Assembly: GCA_013152035.1 (NCBI GenBank)
Contig: JAADHB010000013.1
Span: 1 to 42,362, forward strand
Source: a bacterium
GTDB taxonomy: Bacteria > Patescibacteriota > Minisyncoccia > UBA9983
Direction: 5' to 3'
DNA: 42,362 nt
The number at the start of each line of letters is the position of its first letter. Positions within the stretch are counted from its first letter, which is position 1. Under the pieces are notes generated by a model, which worked only from the letters and a program-made list of their open reading frames with translations, was not told where the DNA came from and searched no databases. A program made the translations under genes and the position numbers. This document shows, piece after piece, positions 23,215 to 32,137 of the stretch.

Positions 23215-24117
23215 TCAAAGTGCAAAGTGGGTGTGGCATCCGGTTGACATCCCGGTTGAGCCCACATATCCAATAACTTGCCCTTTCACCACATGCCACC
23301 CCCTGAAGACAATGGTCTTGCTGAGGTGCGCGTAAAGCGTTTGCGTGTTGTTCGGGTGCTTGATTACTATATATTTCCCAGCCCCCGCGTTCCACCCCCG
23401 GCTTTTGCTCACGATCACGTCTCCGCTCGCCGACGCAACAACCGGGCTTCCGCAAGATATGGCTAAATCAACACCGTTGTATCCGTGAATTCCCTGCGTC
23501 TTTCGCCCGCCTTTTATCGGTCGCATATAGTATCCGGAGGAGTACCTGTTGGCGGGCCTTATTTTTCTTGAATACCGCTTGCTTATCTTTGGCGCGGCGT
23601 ATTCTCCGTTCGGTATGGTTATCACTTGCCCGACGGCGAGCCCTTTGCTTAAGTTAAGGTTGTTGAATTCAACAATTTCGTCCACGCTGCCTCCGAGTTT
23701 TTTGGCGATGGATTTCAGGGTGTCTCTCTTTTTAACGGTGTAGCGGATGCCGGTGATCGGAAGAATTACCAGCTCTTGCCCAGTTTTGATGAGGTCTCCG
23801 CGGTTGATGTCGTTCGCCCAGATAATCGTGTTTACGGAAACACCGAACATTTTCGCGATTTGAGACAAATTATCCCCCTCCCTGACTATGTAAACGCTGA
23901 TCTGGTCGCTGAGCGGTTTTTCTTCTTCTATGTCGGCGATGGTGCCCAGTGGTCCGGAATCGGGCAAAAGGGCGTTTTTGTTGACGATGGTTATGTCTAT
24001 CCCGCCCTTGCCGTTTTCCGTATTCGGATTAAGCGCGCTTTCCAAAAGGGCGACCGTCTGGGAGTTTATTTGAACGGTTTCTTCGCTTGAATTCTTGGAA
24101 CTGAACAGATCCCCCAA
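23215..24117 (-). CDS. LysM-repeat M23 family metallopeptidase (true N-terminus probably upstream, up to about 24211)
   Basis: Two LysM repeats (..YIVREGDNLSQIAKMFGVSVNTIIWAN.., ..YTVKKRDTLKSIAKKLGGSVDEIVEFN..) and an M23 core (..HGYNGVDLA.. ..YAHLS.. ..GSTGMSTGCHTHF..). The same frame upstream encodes the signal peptide KFVAITVFIAAFSFSPQAHA. Confidence 0.88.
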   Translation of the reverse strand: MGDLFSSKNSSEETVQINSQTVALLESALNPNTENGKGGIDITIVNKNALLPDSGPLGTIADIEEEKPLSDQISVYIVREGDNLSQIAKMFGVSVNTIIWANDINRGDLIKTGQELVILPITGIRYTVKKRDTLKSIAKKLGGSVDEIVEFNNLNLSKGLAVGQVITIPNGEYAAPKISKRYSRKIRPANRYSSGYYMRPIKGGRKTQGIHGYNGVDLAISCGSPVVASASGDVIVSKSRGWNAGAGKYIVIKHPNNTQTLYAHLSKTIVFRGWHVVKGQVIGYVGSTGMSTGCHTHFAL

Positions 24118-24404
24118 AAAAGAGAAAAACCCGGCATGAGCCTGGGGTGAAAAGGAAAAAGCGGCTATAAATACGGTTATAGCGACAAATTTCAGTATGT
24201 AATTCCGCCATAACCCGTGAGGTGTGTCGGTGGAATCTTTTAAGTTAGTAGAAATAAGCCTAAAATAAAGGGTTTTTCGGATAATTTCCAGAAAAGTGTT
24301 TAAAACAAAGGGTTTTTCCGGATCGCCAACCTTTCAGTATGCTCATACATTACTTCAAAACCGGACCAAAGTCAATAGTTCAACAAGGGACTGTGGAAAA
24401 CTTT

Positions 24405-25799
24405 TTATTCGCCATTCGCTCTGTTTGGGAGATAGGAAAGAGGGTTCAGGTAGCCATTGTTCGGCGAGATCGGAATTTTTAACTGGACTCCTTTGCAAAC
24501 TTTACTGAAATACGGTTTCTCCCCGTTTTCTCCGGTCACCCGCACCGCCTTCGTGGCGAAAACGGTGAAGTGCAAGTGCGGCCCGGTGACATATCCGCTC
24601 TCCCCGCTGTATCCGATGAACTGCCCCGCCTTCACCCTCTGTCCGGGAACGACCTTAATCAAAGAAAGATGGGCGTAAAGCGTTGAGAGATTATTGCCGT
24701 GGTCTATGAGAATCCATTTTCCCCCGTAATAGGCGCCGGTGCACGGCTTGTCTCTGTAAACAAATCTCACGACTCCGCCGGCCGCCGCCGTAACCTTCGT
24801 CCCCACCCCGGCGCGCAAGTCAATGCCGCGATGCCCTTTGCCCTTGTATATCTGAGGACTTTTCGTGGCGAAAGAGGTGTTGCCGAAAAATTGAGTGACA
24901 CAGTTTCTTGTTATTTTGCCTCCACCCCAGCAGGATATCGCGGAGCCGTACTTGAGAGGCCACTTCAATACGCCGGTTCCGGTCGGAGGCAGGGAATTAG
25001 GATCTATTTCAATTCTGATTTGCTGCTCAAGTTCGCGAATTTCGTTTTCCAGCGCCTTTTGCCGCGCCTTCCGTTCGCTCAAAATTTTTCTGTAATTCGC
25101 CTCTTTGTTTTTTGTTCTCCACAAAAGAGTGTCCTTCCTTTTTTTGTTTCTGTTGACGAGAACCTTTTGGTCAACGAGTTCTTCCCGCAATTCTTCCTGC
25201 CTCTCTTTTTCTTTTTCTTTCGCGGTTTTTTCCGTTTGCAGAATTTCTTTCAGCTTCTTTAATTCCTTCAGATTTACGCTTATTTTTTCTTGGATGCCGT
25301 TCATTTGCTCCAAGTCGCTGAAAAAATCTGACAGCGTGTCGTTGGCGAGGGTGATTTCCACCATGGTTTTGGACTCCATCTCGTTCATCTTTCGCATCAC
25401 TTCCGCCAGGGAATCCTTTTTGCCGGTTATTCCTTCCGCTTTTCTGCCAATTTCCAGCGCGAGTTTTTTGATGGTGAGGTCGGACGCCTCTATCTTTTTT
25501 TCCGTCAGATAAATGCCCGTGTTGAGTTTTTTCGCCCTTACCCGCAGGAGGTAGATTTCATTTTTCAGGGTCTTTTTCTCTTTCAGGGTCGCGTCTATTT
25601 GTTTTTCATACGCTTCAATTTCTTTTTCAATCGCGGCGATCTGCCCGCTTTTATCGCTTATTTGGTTTTTAAGCTCGTTGACGCGGGAAGCGCGGGCGGC
25701 GGAAGCCAAAAACAGCAAACCTGCGGCAAGTATCAATAAAATAAATCCTTTTTGAACAGCTTGCGGTATTTTTTTACGAAAGGTTCCAGTTTCAGCCAT
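24405..25799 (-). CDS. coiled-coil M23 family peptidase (EnvC-like architecture)
   Basis: 464 aa with a signal/TM segment, about 250 aa of heptad-rich coiled coil, then an M23 core (..HRGIDLRAG.. ..YAHLS.. ..GESGYVTGPHLHF..). Confidence 0.88.
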   Translation of the reverse strand: MAETGTFRKKIPQAVQKGFILLILAAGLLFLASAARASRVNELKNQISDKSGQIAAIEKEIEAYEKQIDATLKEKKTLKNEIYLLRVRAKKLNTGIYLTEKKIEASDLTIKKLALEIGRKAEGITGKKDSLAEVMRKMNEMESKTMVEITLANDTLSDFFSDLEQMNGIQEKISVNLKELKKLKEILQTEKTAKEKEKERQEELREELVDQKVLVNRNKKRKDTLLWRTKNKEANYRKILSERKARQKALENEIRELEQQIRIEIDPNSLPPTGTGVLKWPLKYGSAISCWGGGKITRNCVTQFFGNTSFATKSPQIYKGKGHRGIDLRAGVGTKVTAAAGGVVRFVYRDKPCTGAYYGGKWILIDHGNNLSTLYAHLSLIKVVPGQRVKAGQFIGYSGESGYVTGPHLHFTVFATKAVRVTGENGEKPYFSKVCKGVQLKIPISPNNGYLNPLSYLPNRANGE

Positions 25800-26806
25800 A
25801 CTTCATAATAGAATTTTTTCACCGGCATATCAAATGATCCGGCGAACTCTTTGTACTCTCCGCCGAACCGCGACTTGAAAATTTTCAGCCCAGCCATATT
25901 TTTTTGCCCGAGAGCGTCCTTTTCGCAGGGCGTTCCCCCGAGATCGTACCGCCCAACCCCGAGGCGTTTGAGCCGTTTCATAATTTCAAACTGCAGGAGA
26001 TATGACGCCGTTATTTTATCGTCGTTTCTGGCGGACCCCCCGTAGGCGTACCACGCTTTTTCTTGGAAAATAAAAACAACCGCTCCGGACAACACCTTTT
26101 CGCCGCGTTTCGCCAGAAAAACCTTCGCCCGCCCTTCGCCGACAAAATGATTCATAAGCTCAAGCATATACCGTTCGTTTCTCAGAAAAATGCCAGTTCT
26201 CTTTCCCATATCGTAATACAGCTTGAGAAATTCTTTTATTCCCGCCGTCGAGGAATCTTCCACCACCATGACCCCGCTTTTTTCCGCCGCCCTGATTTCA
26301 TATCGCGCGTTTTTCTTTATCTTTCCGAAAAGTTCTTCCTCGCTCGCGTCCAGATTGTTTATTATCGTGCAGTCGGTCATTTGAACGGACCGTTTTTTCA
26401 AAAAGCCGTCTTGAAAAAACTCGCCGGGCGAAGTTTGCGGCTCCAATTTCACCAAAAAGGCGTTGTTCGCGCCGGCGATTTTTTCAAGCTCCCTCTTAAA
26501 CTCTTTCCAAAAAGGCGCGCTTTCTGAGAACGGCTTTTTGATAGAAGGACCCTTGGGGCAGTACAGAATGTTTTTCCCGAGCACCGTTTTTCTTTTGAGG
26601 AGCTGCATCGCCCCGATTGTTTCGCCATCCGCGCCCTTGATGGCGTACCGCAGCGGCTTCCATCCTTTTCGCGCCTTAAAATCACCCCACTCTTTCGTTT
26701 GGAGATAATGAAAATCAGGCATACCGAAAAGGAGGCGATCCCATTCCTCCGCGTTTTCAAACGGAACGATATTTATTTTGATTTCAGTTTTTTGTAAATT
26801 TTCCAT
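25733..26806 (-). CDS. FemAB-family peptidoglycan aminoacyltransferase
   Basis: 357 aa with ..FHYLQTKEWGDFKARKGWKP.. ..AWYAYGGSA.. ..LQFEIMKRLKRLGVGRYDLGG.. in the FemX/FemAB style. Confidence 0.75.
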   Translation of the reverse strand: MENLQKTEIKINIVPFENAEEWDRLLFGMPDFHYLQTKEWGDFKARKGWKPLRYAIKGADGETIGAMQLLKRKTVLGKNILYCPKGPSIKKPFSESAPFWKEFKRELEKIAGANNAFLVKLEPQTSPGEFFQDGFLKKRSVQMTDCTIINNLDASEEELFGKIKKNARYEIRAAEKSGVMVVEDSSTAGIKEFLKLYYDMGKRTGIFLRNERYMLELMNHFVGEGRAKVFLAKRGEKVLSGAVVFIFQEKAWYAYGGSARNDDKITASYLLQFEIMKRLKRLGVGRYDLGGTPCEKDALGQKNMAGLKIFKSRFGGEYKEFAGSFDMPVKKFYYEVWLKLEPFVKKYRKLFKKDLFY

Positions 26807-27717
26807 AACAAGTAATATTTTTTATCAATTACGCAATCAAGCGGCTCGGAGTATTCGTGTTTGCGCGCGTTGAAAAATTTTTTAAGCTGCCCCGATCCGG
26901 CAAGCCCCGCGTTGTGGTCCTCGCTTCCCCAAAAATCAAATTCGCGGCATCCCGCCTCCTTGGCGCGCAGTATTCCGTTCCACAGCGCGAAGGAAAGGCA
27001 TTTCAGTTTTTTGCATTCGGGCAGGGCGAATGTGTGGAGGGCGGTCGCGCGGCCTCCGTAAAAGACGAAAATCGTGGAGGAGATTATTTTGCCTTCGTAT
27101 TCAAGCGAAATTATTTTCGCGATATTGCCGAGCAATTTTTCTCCCATTGTTTCGTAATATTTTTCCGAAAACGCCCTGAATTTCAGATTCTTTTTCGCTT
27201 CCCCGAACACTTCCAAAAAATCGTTTATTGCGCCTTTGTCCTCCCTGAATATCGGCTTCAGCCCATGCCGCTCCGAATATTTTATATTGTATCTCATTCC
27301 TCTGCTCAAATTCCTGAAAAGCTCTTCTTCGGACGGAGCGATGTCCAGCAGATAGGTCGCCTGCGGATTTATTTTTTTCGGGGATTTTACGCATCCGAAT
27401 TTTTTCAGCCGCTCGCCGTTCTCACTCCCTTTCGCCAATGGCGGTTCAATATGGACAAAGGCGGCGTTTTCCTTTTTTCCGAGGGCTTTGATTTTATCAA
27501 GCCACTCTTTCAGGTCTTTTTCGTTCGCCTCTCCGACGGGCCCTCGGGGAACGAACAGAATGGTTTTTTTGCCCAAAAAATTTTGCTTCACCGCGAAAGA
27601 GGACAGCCCGCCCGCCTCCACCTTAAAAACCTCCGCACCGGCGGCCTCTTGGAAGTCCGCCCATTCCTCGGACTGAAGAAATTCCACGCCTGTTTTTCGC
27701 TGTTTTTGATTTTGCAT
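26773..27717 (-). CDS. FemAB-family peptidoglycan aminoacyltransferase (second copy)
   Basis: 314 aa with ..FLQSEEWADFQEAAG.. ..ATALHTFA.. ..ALWNGILRAKEAGCREFDFWG.., a divergent paralog of the neighbouring gene. Confidence 0.72.
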   Translation of the reverse strand: MQNQKQRKTGVEFLQSEEWADFQEAAGAEVFKVEAGGLSSFAVKQNFLGKKTILFVPRGPVGEANEKDLKEWLDKIKALGKKENAAFVHIEPPLAKGSENGERLKKFGCVKSPKKINPQATYLLDIAPSEEELFRNLSRGMRYNIKYSERHGLKPIFREDKGAINDFLEVFGEAKKNLKFRAFSEKYYETMGEKLLGNIAKIISLEYEGKIISSTIFVFYGGRATALHTFALPECKKLKCLSFALWNGILRAKEAGCREFDFWGSEDHNAGLAGSGQLKKFFNARKHEYSEPLDCVIDKKYYLLWKIYKKLKSK

Positions 27718-27745
27718 AATTCCGCGTCCGCCAAAATTCTAAAAC

Positions 27746-30268
27746 TTAAAATTGAAACTTGACCGGAACAACCGTTTCGGATTTGTTTTTAACCTTGTCG
27801 TAGGCGACGATTTTTATGTCGTAGGATTCCGTCGTGGTCGCCGGCGCCAGGGCGCCCGATGGGACGAAGGAAAATCCAAACGGTTTCTTGTTGGAGGAGC
27901 CGAGATACACGCCGTTCAAAAAGAAATCAACCTGGTCCAGCCCGAATTTGCTTTTGCTTGAAAAGCGGACGCTCATTATGCTTCTCGGGTTGTAGGACGC
28001 CATCGGGGTGGGCGATTTGACGCTGATTTTTGGAGCGTATTCCGGCTTATGAACATCGTCAAATTCTTGGGGAATGTCATTCATCGTCTTGTCTTTGATG
28101 TTCTGTTTTTTCGCCCACTCCCTCACCGGCGTTTCCCACAGCGAAAACTGAGAATCGTTTTCGGGATTTTCCGGAGCCGGACCGAGCGGGTCATTCTTGT
28201 TTATCCAGTACAGAATTGAATGGGGTTGGGTCAGCGTTTTCTTTTCAATCAATTCCGGCGGCGTAAATTTTGTCGCCAGCTTTCCGGAGATTTTGTCAAT
28301 GGAATAAGTCTTTCCTCCCCGCCATTCGCCGCGGAGAAACGGTTTCGGCTCCGGCTGGGGAACCGGCTTTTCAAATTTTTCTTTCGGGAGCATCGGCAAA
28401 ACTTCTTGCATAAAGGCGTTCCAAAAAGGGGCGGCGATGAAGCTGGCGGTTTCGTATTTCATTTGGGTGTTGTCATTGTTTCCCACCCACACTCCGACGG
28501 CGATGTTGGGGGAGTATCCCACGACCCACGCGTCTTTGAATTCGTTTGTCGTTCCCGTCTTCGCCGCCACATCGTAGCCGTCAATATGCAGAGGGGAACG
28601 CGCTCCGAACATCGGCGTTCTCGCTTTGTTGTCCGACAAAACATCGGTGACGAGCAGCGCTACATTTTTATCAATGGCTTTTTCCGGACGCGGGGAAAAT
28701 TCTTCCAACACATTTCCTTTTGAGTCCTCCACCCGCAAAATTCCGGTGTACGGATTCCGCATCCCCTTGTTGGCGAACGCGGAATAGGCGCCGGTCATTT
28801 CAAGAAGGGAAACCTCTCCTCCTCCGAGGACCAAAGTCAGCCCGTACCTTTGCAGGTCCGCGAGTGTCGTAATTCCCATATTTCGGATAACCTCGCCGGC
28901 TTTTTTCAGTCCGGTCAAATACAAAACTTTCACGGACGGAACATTCAGCGACTGCGCCAGCGCGTCCCTGAATGTCAGCGGTCCCCGATATTTTCCGTCG
29001 GAGTTTTGCGGCATATAGCATTTTATTTCGGGATTGTCGGTTTTTGGCGTTCCATTTGGGTTGCAGGAGCTGTTGAATTCCGTTTTCAAATCAAAAACGA
29101 CAGTGTCCGGAGTATATCCTTTTTTGAAGGCGGCGGCGTAAATAAAAGGCTTGATGGCGGAGCCGGGCTGGCGGCGCGCCAGCGTAACATTGAAATTTCC
29201 CTGGTCCTCGACATTAAAATAATCTTTTGACCCGACCATTGAAAGAATCTGCCCTGTCTTCGGGTCAATGACAATCATGGCGGCGTTTTTTGCTCCGAAT
29301 TTTTTAAAATTTATTTCCGCGTATTTCGCCGTCATTTCCTCCGCCTTTTGCTGCAAATCGTAATTCAGGGTGGTTATCACCTTTAACCCCCCCCGCTCAA
29401 CCATATCCTTTCCGTATTTTTTCTCAAGATAGGAGCGGACGAAAATGGAGAAATGGGGGGCCTTGATTGACTGGTTGCCTCTGCCGACAAACACCACTTT
29501 TTCCTTCGCGGCGGCTTCTTTTTCCTCTTTTGTTATGAAGCCGAGCTTCAGCATTCTCTCCAGCACGAGATTTTTTCTGTTTTCCAGCTCCTCGCGGTTG
29601 TTGCCGTACGGCGAATAATACGTCGGGGACTGGGGGAGCGCCGCCAGATAGGCGGATTCCGCGAGCGTCAAGCCGCTGGCGTGCTTGCCGAAAAAACTTT
29701 GGCTCGCCGCCTCAATTCCGTAATTGACCCCGCCGTACGGAATCTCGTTCAGATACAAATCAAGTATTTTCTCCTTGGACAGTTTTTTTTCAAGCTTGAG
29801 CGTCAAAATCGCCTCTTTTATTTTTCTGGCGTAACTTTTTTCTCTCGTCAAAAAGGCGTTTTTGATAAGCTGCTGGGAAATCGTGGACCCGCCCTGCCTG
29901 GAGTTTTTATTTCTCAAGTTTGCTAGGAAGGCGCGAGTGATCGCCTTGAAATCAATGCCGTTGTGGTTGTAAAAGTTTGAATCCTCAATGGCGACCGTGG
30001 CGTTTTTCAGGTCTCTGGAAATTTTGTCAAACGGCACCACCGTCCGGCGAATATCCTGGTGAATGTCCCAGAGCAGGATATTTCCGGTGCGATCGTAAAT
30101 TTTCGTTGACTGGATTACTTTTATGTTGTCAAAAGAGCCGAAATCCGGTATTTTCAGCGTTGAAATCCAGAAAAAAAGCAGCCCCCCGCCGAACATTCCG
30201 GCGATTAGAAGCAGGAGAATGGAAGCGTGTATAAATTTTGCCAAACGAGAGTGTTTTTCGCGCGTCAT
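27746..30268 (-). CDS. class A penicillin-binding protein (glycosyltransferase GT51 + transpeptidase) with a C-terminal extension
   Basis: 840 aa with an N-terminal TM, GT51 motifs (..VAIEDSNFYNHNGID.., ..GGSTISQQLIKN..) and TPase motifs (..RQPGSAIKPF.., ..SLN.., ..KTGTT..). Confidence 0.93.
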   Translation of the reverse strand: MTREKHSRLAKFIHASILLLLIAGMFGGGLLFFWISTLKIPDFGSFDNIKVIQSTKIYDRTGNILLWDIHQDIRRTVVPFDKISRDLKNATVAIEDSNFYNHNGIDFKAITRAFLANLRNKNSRQGGSTISQQLIKNAFLTREKSYARKIKEAILTLKLEKKLSKEKILDLYLNEIPYGGVNYGIEAASQSFFGKHASGLTLAESAYLAALPQSPTYYSPYGNNREELENRKNLVLERMLKLGFITKEEKEAAAKEKVVFVGRGNQSIKAPHFSIFVRSYLEKKYGKDMVERGGLKVITTLNYDLQQKAEEMTAKYAEINFKKFGAKNAAMIVIDPKTGQILSMVGSKDYFNVEDQGNFNVTLARRQPGSAIKPFIYAAAFKKGYTPDTVVFDLKTEFNSSCNPNGTPKTDNPEIKCYMPQNSDGKYRGPLTFRDALAQSLNVPSVKVLYLTGLKKAGEVIRNMGITTLADLQRYGLTLVLGGGEVSLLEMTGAYSAFANKGMRNPYTGILRVEDSKGNVLEEFSPRPEKAIDKNVALLVTDVLSDNKARTPMFGARSPLHIDGYDVAAKTGTTNEFKDAWVVGYSPNIAVGVWVGNNDNTQMKYETASFIAAPFWNAFMQEVLPMLPKEKFEKPVPQPEPKPFLRGEWRGGKTYSIDKISGKLATKFTPPELIEKKTLTQPHSILYWINKNDPLGPAPENPENDSQFSLWETPVREWAKKQNIKDKTMNDIPQEFDDVHKPEYAPKISVKSPTPMASYNPRSIMSVRFSSKSKFGLDQVDFFLNGVYLGSSNKKPFGFSFVPSGALAPATTTESYDIKIVAYDKVKNKSETVVPVKFQF

Positions 30269-30478
30269 TGCTTAATATGGTAGCACAAAACCCCTCCGCG
30301 TCAAAAAAATGCCCCCCCAGTTCAACAATTAATTGCAACACCAAAGCGTTTTTCTTGGATTCCCGATTCTAAGAATGTAGTAATGACACGAATTTAGGCT
30401 AAACCGCGCTCAATGTGGTTATCCACAAAATCTTGGCAATGTATTGACTCTTTTGCAAAACGGTAATACGATAAGAAT

Positions 30479-30535
30479 GTGCTTGTGGGCGAAAGCCCCG
30501 TTCAGTTAAGGAATTCCTAAACTGAAGGCAAGCAC
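30479..30535 (+). ncRNA. compact three-way-junction RNA element (strand uncertain)
   Basis: P1 is GTGCTTG/CAAGCAC, P2 is GGGC-GAAA-GCCC and P3 is TTCAGTT..AGG-AATT-CCT..AACTGAA. It is preceded on the plus strand by TTGACT(30444)-17 nt-TACGAT(30467), and followed by a 15-bp A/T-rich hairpin at 30536..30570. Confidence 0.35.
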
Positions 30536-30570
30536 AACAAAAATATTCTGCTTGGCAGGATATTTTTGTT

Positions 30571-31041
30571 TTAATCATCCTCAATTTTGCCTGTCGCCAG
30601 TTTTTGCTCCCTACCTCGTTTTAATTTTGAAAAAGGCATAACGCTCCAAAAAATTATATTACCGTCACCAATTTTTTTTAACACAGTTTTTATTTTTAAA
30701 TTATTTTCTCCAACAATGGCTATAAAACCCCAATATTCCACCTGCTTCATTGTTTGAAAACCTCCTCTTTTTGATTTCTTCCCCGTAGCCACCGGCATTT
30801 TCCTGTACTCCTGGACGGTTCCTGTTTTTTTGATTATCTTAATCGCGAGAGGCAAAAGCGTGAATTTGAGTATCTGCTCATGCTTGTTTCGCTCTCTTCT
30901 GGCTGAAAAACGCAGGTGGTGAAATCCATCCGAGTTAAATATGATATTTTTTTGAAAATACGGGCAAAATACATCTCCAACTTTATTAAAAATATCTTGA
31001 GCCCTTTCCTTTTGTTTTCTGTGATAATCTGTTTGATCCAT
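30571..31041 (-). CDS. hypothetical protein (156 aa)
   Basis: An intact ORF that looks coding (no low-complexity shadow character). I recognise no family. It sits between two att-like repeat copies. Confidence 0.5.
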   Translation of the reverse strand: MDQTDYHRKQKERAQDIFNKVGDVFCPYFQKNIIFNSDGFHHLRFSARRERNKHEQILKFTLLPLAIKIIKKTGTVQEYRKMPVATGKKSKRGGFQTMKQVEYWGFIAIVGENNLKIKTVLKKIGDGNIIFWSVMPFSKLKRGREQKLATGKIEDD

Positions 31042-31063
31042 AATTTACCCCAGATAATAGCAC

Positions 31064-31131
31064 ACCCGCCCCATTTTCAAAAACGGCGAAAAGTGCTATT
31101 ATGCCGAATATGGACAATGAAGAAAAAATAG
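31064..31131 (+). repeat. left copy of the duplicated tyrS promoter/5' end (43 bp perfect core 31089..31131)
   Basis: The core AAAAGTGCTATTATGCCGAATATGGACAATGAAGAAAAAATAG is identical to 33718..33760. The upstream ~25 bp are imperfectly similar. It starts a chimeric 26-codon ORF (31101..31181) whose TGA overlaps the ATG at 31178 (ATGA). Confidence 0.9.
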
Positions 31132-31177
31132 CGGACACGCTCGGCGCTCCGCCCGAGGATTTAATACGAAGAAACCT

Positions 31178-31861
31178 ATGAACGAAATTATTTATATACT
31201 CACAAACGAAGCAATGCCCGGTTATGTGAAAATCGGCAAAACCACCACATCTGCTGAGCAGCGCGTATTAGAACTATCCAGATCGTCCGCGGTGCCCTTA
31301 CCGTTTGAGTGTTACTACGCTGCTCAAGTAGCCGATGCAAGCAAAACTGAAGAAGCTCTCCACGATGCGTTTGGCGACCACCGTGTTAATCCTCGGAGAG
31401 AATTTTTCAGTATAGCCCCGGAACGGATTATTGCGATCCTTAAACTTTTAGAGCTTAGGGATGTTACACCCTCAAGAAATGTAGGCGTTGAATCTAGGGA
31501 GGACGCTATAGCACTTGAAAAAGCGAAGAAAAGAAGGTCTGCTTTCAATTTTAAAATGTTAGATATTCCGGCTGGGGCAGAATTAAAGTTTATACGCGAT
31601 GAAAAAATTACATGTATCGTTGCTCCCGACCAAAAACATGTAATTTTTAATGACAAAGAGATGTCGTCTTCTGAGGCTGCAGCGCAAGTATTAGGAAATA
31701 AGTGGTGGCCCGCAGGATCGGATTATTGGACATATGATGGTGAAATATTAAGCGAGCGACGGATACGCCTAGAAGAGGACGATAAAACTACAGAGGAAGA
31801 AATTGAGGCTGCTGGTGACGCATGGATTCAAAATCAGATTGACCAAGAAAGAGGAAAATAA
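31178..31861 (+). CDS. T5orf172 (MUG113) / GIY-YIG-like domain protein
   Basis: MNEIIYILTNEAMPGYVKIGKTT..RVLEL..PLPFECYYA..V.D..EEALHDAFGDHRVNPRREFF.. is the T5orf172 pattern. A C-terminal ~100-aa extra domain is unassigned. Confidence 0.7.
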   Translation: MNEIIYILTNEAMPGYVKIGKTTTSAEQRVLELSRSSAVPLPFECYYAAQVADASKTEEALHDAFGDHRVNPRREFFSIAPERIIAILKLLELRDVTPSRNVGVESREDAIALEKAKKRRSAFNFKMLDIPAGAELKFIRDEKITCIVAPDQKHVIFNDKEMSSSEAAAQVLGNKWWPAGSDYWTYDGEILSERRIRLEEDDKTTEEEIEAAGDAWIQNQIDQERGK

Positions 31862-31946
31862 TTATCAATAATGATATTACAAACAAAAAGGCGTTTATCT
31901 TTACATACTGACTTGCAACGAGAAACACCTTTCAATCCGTGCATTT

Positions 31947-32131
31947 TTGGACGCAATGAAGCAAAAGGTTTATGAAAAACAGAAAGGTACTTGTGTCCAT
32001 TGCAAAAAACACTTTGAATTGGAAGAAATGGAAGCAGATCATATAACTCCTTGGCATGAGAGAGGAAAAACGACAGAAAAAATTGCCAAATGCTATGCAA
32101 AGAATGTAATAGACGAAAGTCTGGGAAATAA
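31947..32131 (+). pseudogene. small HNH endonuclease, frame broken in an A6 run (32077-32082)
   Basis: ..KQKVYEKQKGTCVHCKKHFELEEMEADHITPWHERGKTTE is in frame 3. The next frame then reads NCQMLCKECNRRKSGK* (stop 32129-32131). Together they make a complete HNH beta-beta-alpha motif. The N-terminal boundary is uncertain (an ATG at 31871 is in another frame). Confidence 0.7.
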
Positions 32132-32137
32132 AATTTT

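Noticed and set aside
24267-24323. AAAGGGTTTTTC(C)GGAT repeated 40 bp apart upstream of the LysM-M23 gene, as a regulator site
   Set aside because: The repeat is real but short, and nothing else supports a function. It is noted only.
30419-30427. Perfect DnaA box TTATCCACA as evidence for a second origin
   Set aside because: It is a single isolated box with no cluster and no adjacent AT-rich unwinding tract. It is more likely a regulatory or chance site.
30479-30535. Hammerhead or other small self-cleaving ribozyme in the three-way junction
   Set aside because: The junction strands are only 1-2 nt, and the CUGANGA / GAAA / UH core is absent on both strands.
30399-30584. 61-aa minus-strand ORF in the PBP/156-aa gene spacer
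   Set aside because: It overlaps the hairpin-rich element, has an implausible composition and no start context. It is likely non-coding.
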